Assembly: GCA_964542785.1 (NCBI GenBank)
Contig: CAZIUK010000001.1
Coordinates: 570,862 to 634,861, forward strand
DNA: 64,000 bases
Reading direction: 5' to 3'
From: an uncultured Planctomycetales bacterium
GTDB lineage: Bacteria; Omnitrophota; Gorgyraeia; Gygaellales; Profunditerraquicolaceae
Positions 62,921-64,000 of the stretch are shown piece by piece; position 1 is the stretch's first letter; each line of letters starts with the position of its first letter. The notes beneath the pieces were generated by a model, which saw only the letters and a program-made list of their open reading frames with translations, was not told the origin of the DNA and made no database searches. Position numbers and translations under genes: made by a program.

Positions 62921-63851
62921 AATACAATCCCCCTACTACTCCGTAAAATACGGTAAAAACGAATGAAAGAAGAGATATTGCCAAGGCTAATTGCTGAATA
63001 ACTCCAACCTTAGCAAAGTAAAAGATAACAAGCCCCTCCCTTAAGCCTAACCCTCCTAGGGCAATGGGCAAAAGCGTAACAGCCCCTATAATAGGAACAA
63101 AGAGACAGAAATAAATAAAGCTTATCTTAACCCCTAAAGAAAAAGCGATAAAATAGCTGCTTAAAACAGGCAGAAACTGCACAATCACAGAAAGCAATAT
63201 ATTCTCTACTACCAACCTTTTGCGGTTACGGAATACATGAATCTCATGATGTATGCCTTTAATTGCCTCTTTTATCCTTTCTGCTCCGGGGGAGCTTAAA
63301 AACTTAGAGGCCTTAGCGTAAATAGAAGTATTAAATAAAACTAATAAGATTACAATTAATAAAGAGATTAAGAAAACTATAGACGACATAACAATCCTGT
63401 CCCTTAAAAGGCTACTGCCAAATATAAGCACTACTATAACCAATATAACTAAACCAATATAACCGCTCAACCTATCTAAAAATACTGTAGTCACAACCTC
63501 CCTTATCCTCCTTGTATGCCCGGACAAATCAGCTGCCCTGACTAAATCTCCTCCGATAGTAGAAGGCAAAAAGAAGTTAAAAAATGCCCCTCCGGCAAAA
63601 GAGGTGATTAGCCTTTTAACCGGAATATCTATCCCTGTGGCCTTAAGCAACATCTGCCAACGTAAAAAACCTATTAGATAAACAAAAAAATAAATAAAGA
63701 GGCTGGCGAATAAGAGAAACTTGTCCGCAGATTTTATATCATTAAGCAAGCTATTTAAATCTATCTTATTAAATTTAAAAAGAAATATCAACAGGGCTAA
63801 ACTGATAACAAGCCTTAAAAGTAAAATTAATGCCCTTTTTAAAAAACCCAC
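62877..63851 (-). CDS. Flippase-like / lysylphosphatidylglycerol-synthase-TM-region family membrane protein (UPF0104).
   Basis: The 324-aa product has about 8 TM helices, and the N-terminal region resembles the UPF0104 family. It has a GTG start that abuts the purC stop. Confidence 0.55.
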   Translation of the reverse strand: MGFLKRALILLLRLVISLALLIFLFKFNKIDLNSLLNDIKSADKFLLFASLFIYFFVYLIGFLRWQMLLKATGIDIPVKRLITSFAGGAFFNFFLPSTIGGDLVRAADLSGHTRRIREVVTTVFLDRLSGYIGLVILVIVVLIFGSSLLRDRIVMSSIVFLISLLIVILLVLFNTSIYAKASKFLSSPGAERIKEAIKGIHHEIHVFRNRKRLVVENILLSVIVQFLPVLSSYFIAFSLGVKISFIYFCLFVPIIGAVTLLPIALGGLGLREGLVIFYFAKVGVIQQLALAISLLSFVFTVFYGVVGGLYYVLTVHYRRVQCNA

Positions 63852-64000
63852 CTAACTTAAATCCTTTCCTGTTAGTATTCTATGAACTTCTATATATTTC
63901 TCTGAGGTCTTAGCAATCACTTCTTCAGTTAAAGCAGGGGCCGGAGGGGTTTTATCCCAGTTTAAGCTCTCAAGGTAATCCCTTACAAATTGCTTATCCA
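63852..64000 (-). CDS. purC: SAICAR synthetase PurC, C-terminal fragment. The gene continues beyond the window end.
   Basis: The reverse translation is ...[48 protein letters not shown], which matches the PurC C-terminus. Confidence 0.7.
   Translation of the reverse strand, partial: DKQFVRDYLESLNWDKTPPAPALTEEVIAKTSEKYIEVHRILTGKDLS

Noticed and set aside
1-64000. CRISPR arrays, IS elements, integrases and toxin-antitoxin or restriction/defence cassettes.
   Set aside because: I found no direct-repeat/spacer arrays, transposase-like or recombinase-like ORFs, or terminal inverted repeats. The window appears to be core chromosome plus a few accessory metabolic and signalling genes.

Overview
The window is a 64-kb stretch of an AT-rich bacterial chromosome. 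The organism is apparently diderm, because an LptD/OstA homolog is present. Every confident gene, about 80 features, lies on the minus strand. The core at roughly 5.5-35.4 kb is an unusually compact ribosomal/transcription block with almost no intergenic space. Its transcriptional order is tRNA-Thr, rpmG, tRNA-Trp, secE, nusG, rplKAJL, rpoBC, rpsL, rpsG, fusA, tuf, the S10/spc/alpha clusters, secY, adk, map, infA, rpmJ, rpsMKD, rpoA and rplQ. I located rpmJ, rpmG and the two tRNAs by hand, because they fall below the ORF-track size cut-off. Downstream (low-coordinate end) lie an aminotransferase, a two-subunit aconitase-family dehydratase (LeuCD-type) split by pilT, an IDH-like dehydrogenase, and malate dehydrogenase. 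Upstream (35.5-64 kb) lie nucleotide-sugar/LPS genes with lptD, two tandem GGDEF cyclases, an orphan MalK-like ABC ATPase, accD, DUF1015 and FmdB. Beyond these are a dnaJ-dnaK-grpE-hrcA unit with a CIRCE element and an HspR-like MerR regulator, then hflX, miaA, and a MiaB-like radical-SAM gene that lacks a TRAM domain and is fused in frame to a signal-peptide/TPR/SPOR module. The remaining genes are a CoADR/NADH-oxidase-family flavoprotein next to a DsrE-like protein, an MFS transporter, feoAB, a membrane protein, an MBL hydrolase, a NYN-like protein, a flippase-like membrane protein and the 3' end of purC. I see no CRISPR array, no mobile element and no obvious defence cassette. The most unusual items are the MiaB-SPOR fusion, pilT embedded between the dehydratase subunit genes, the possible TCA-like gene set, the CoADR-family/DsrE-like pair and the dual HspR/HrcA heat-shock control region.
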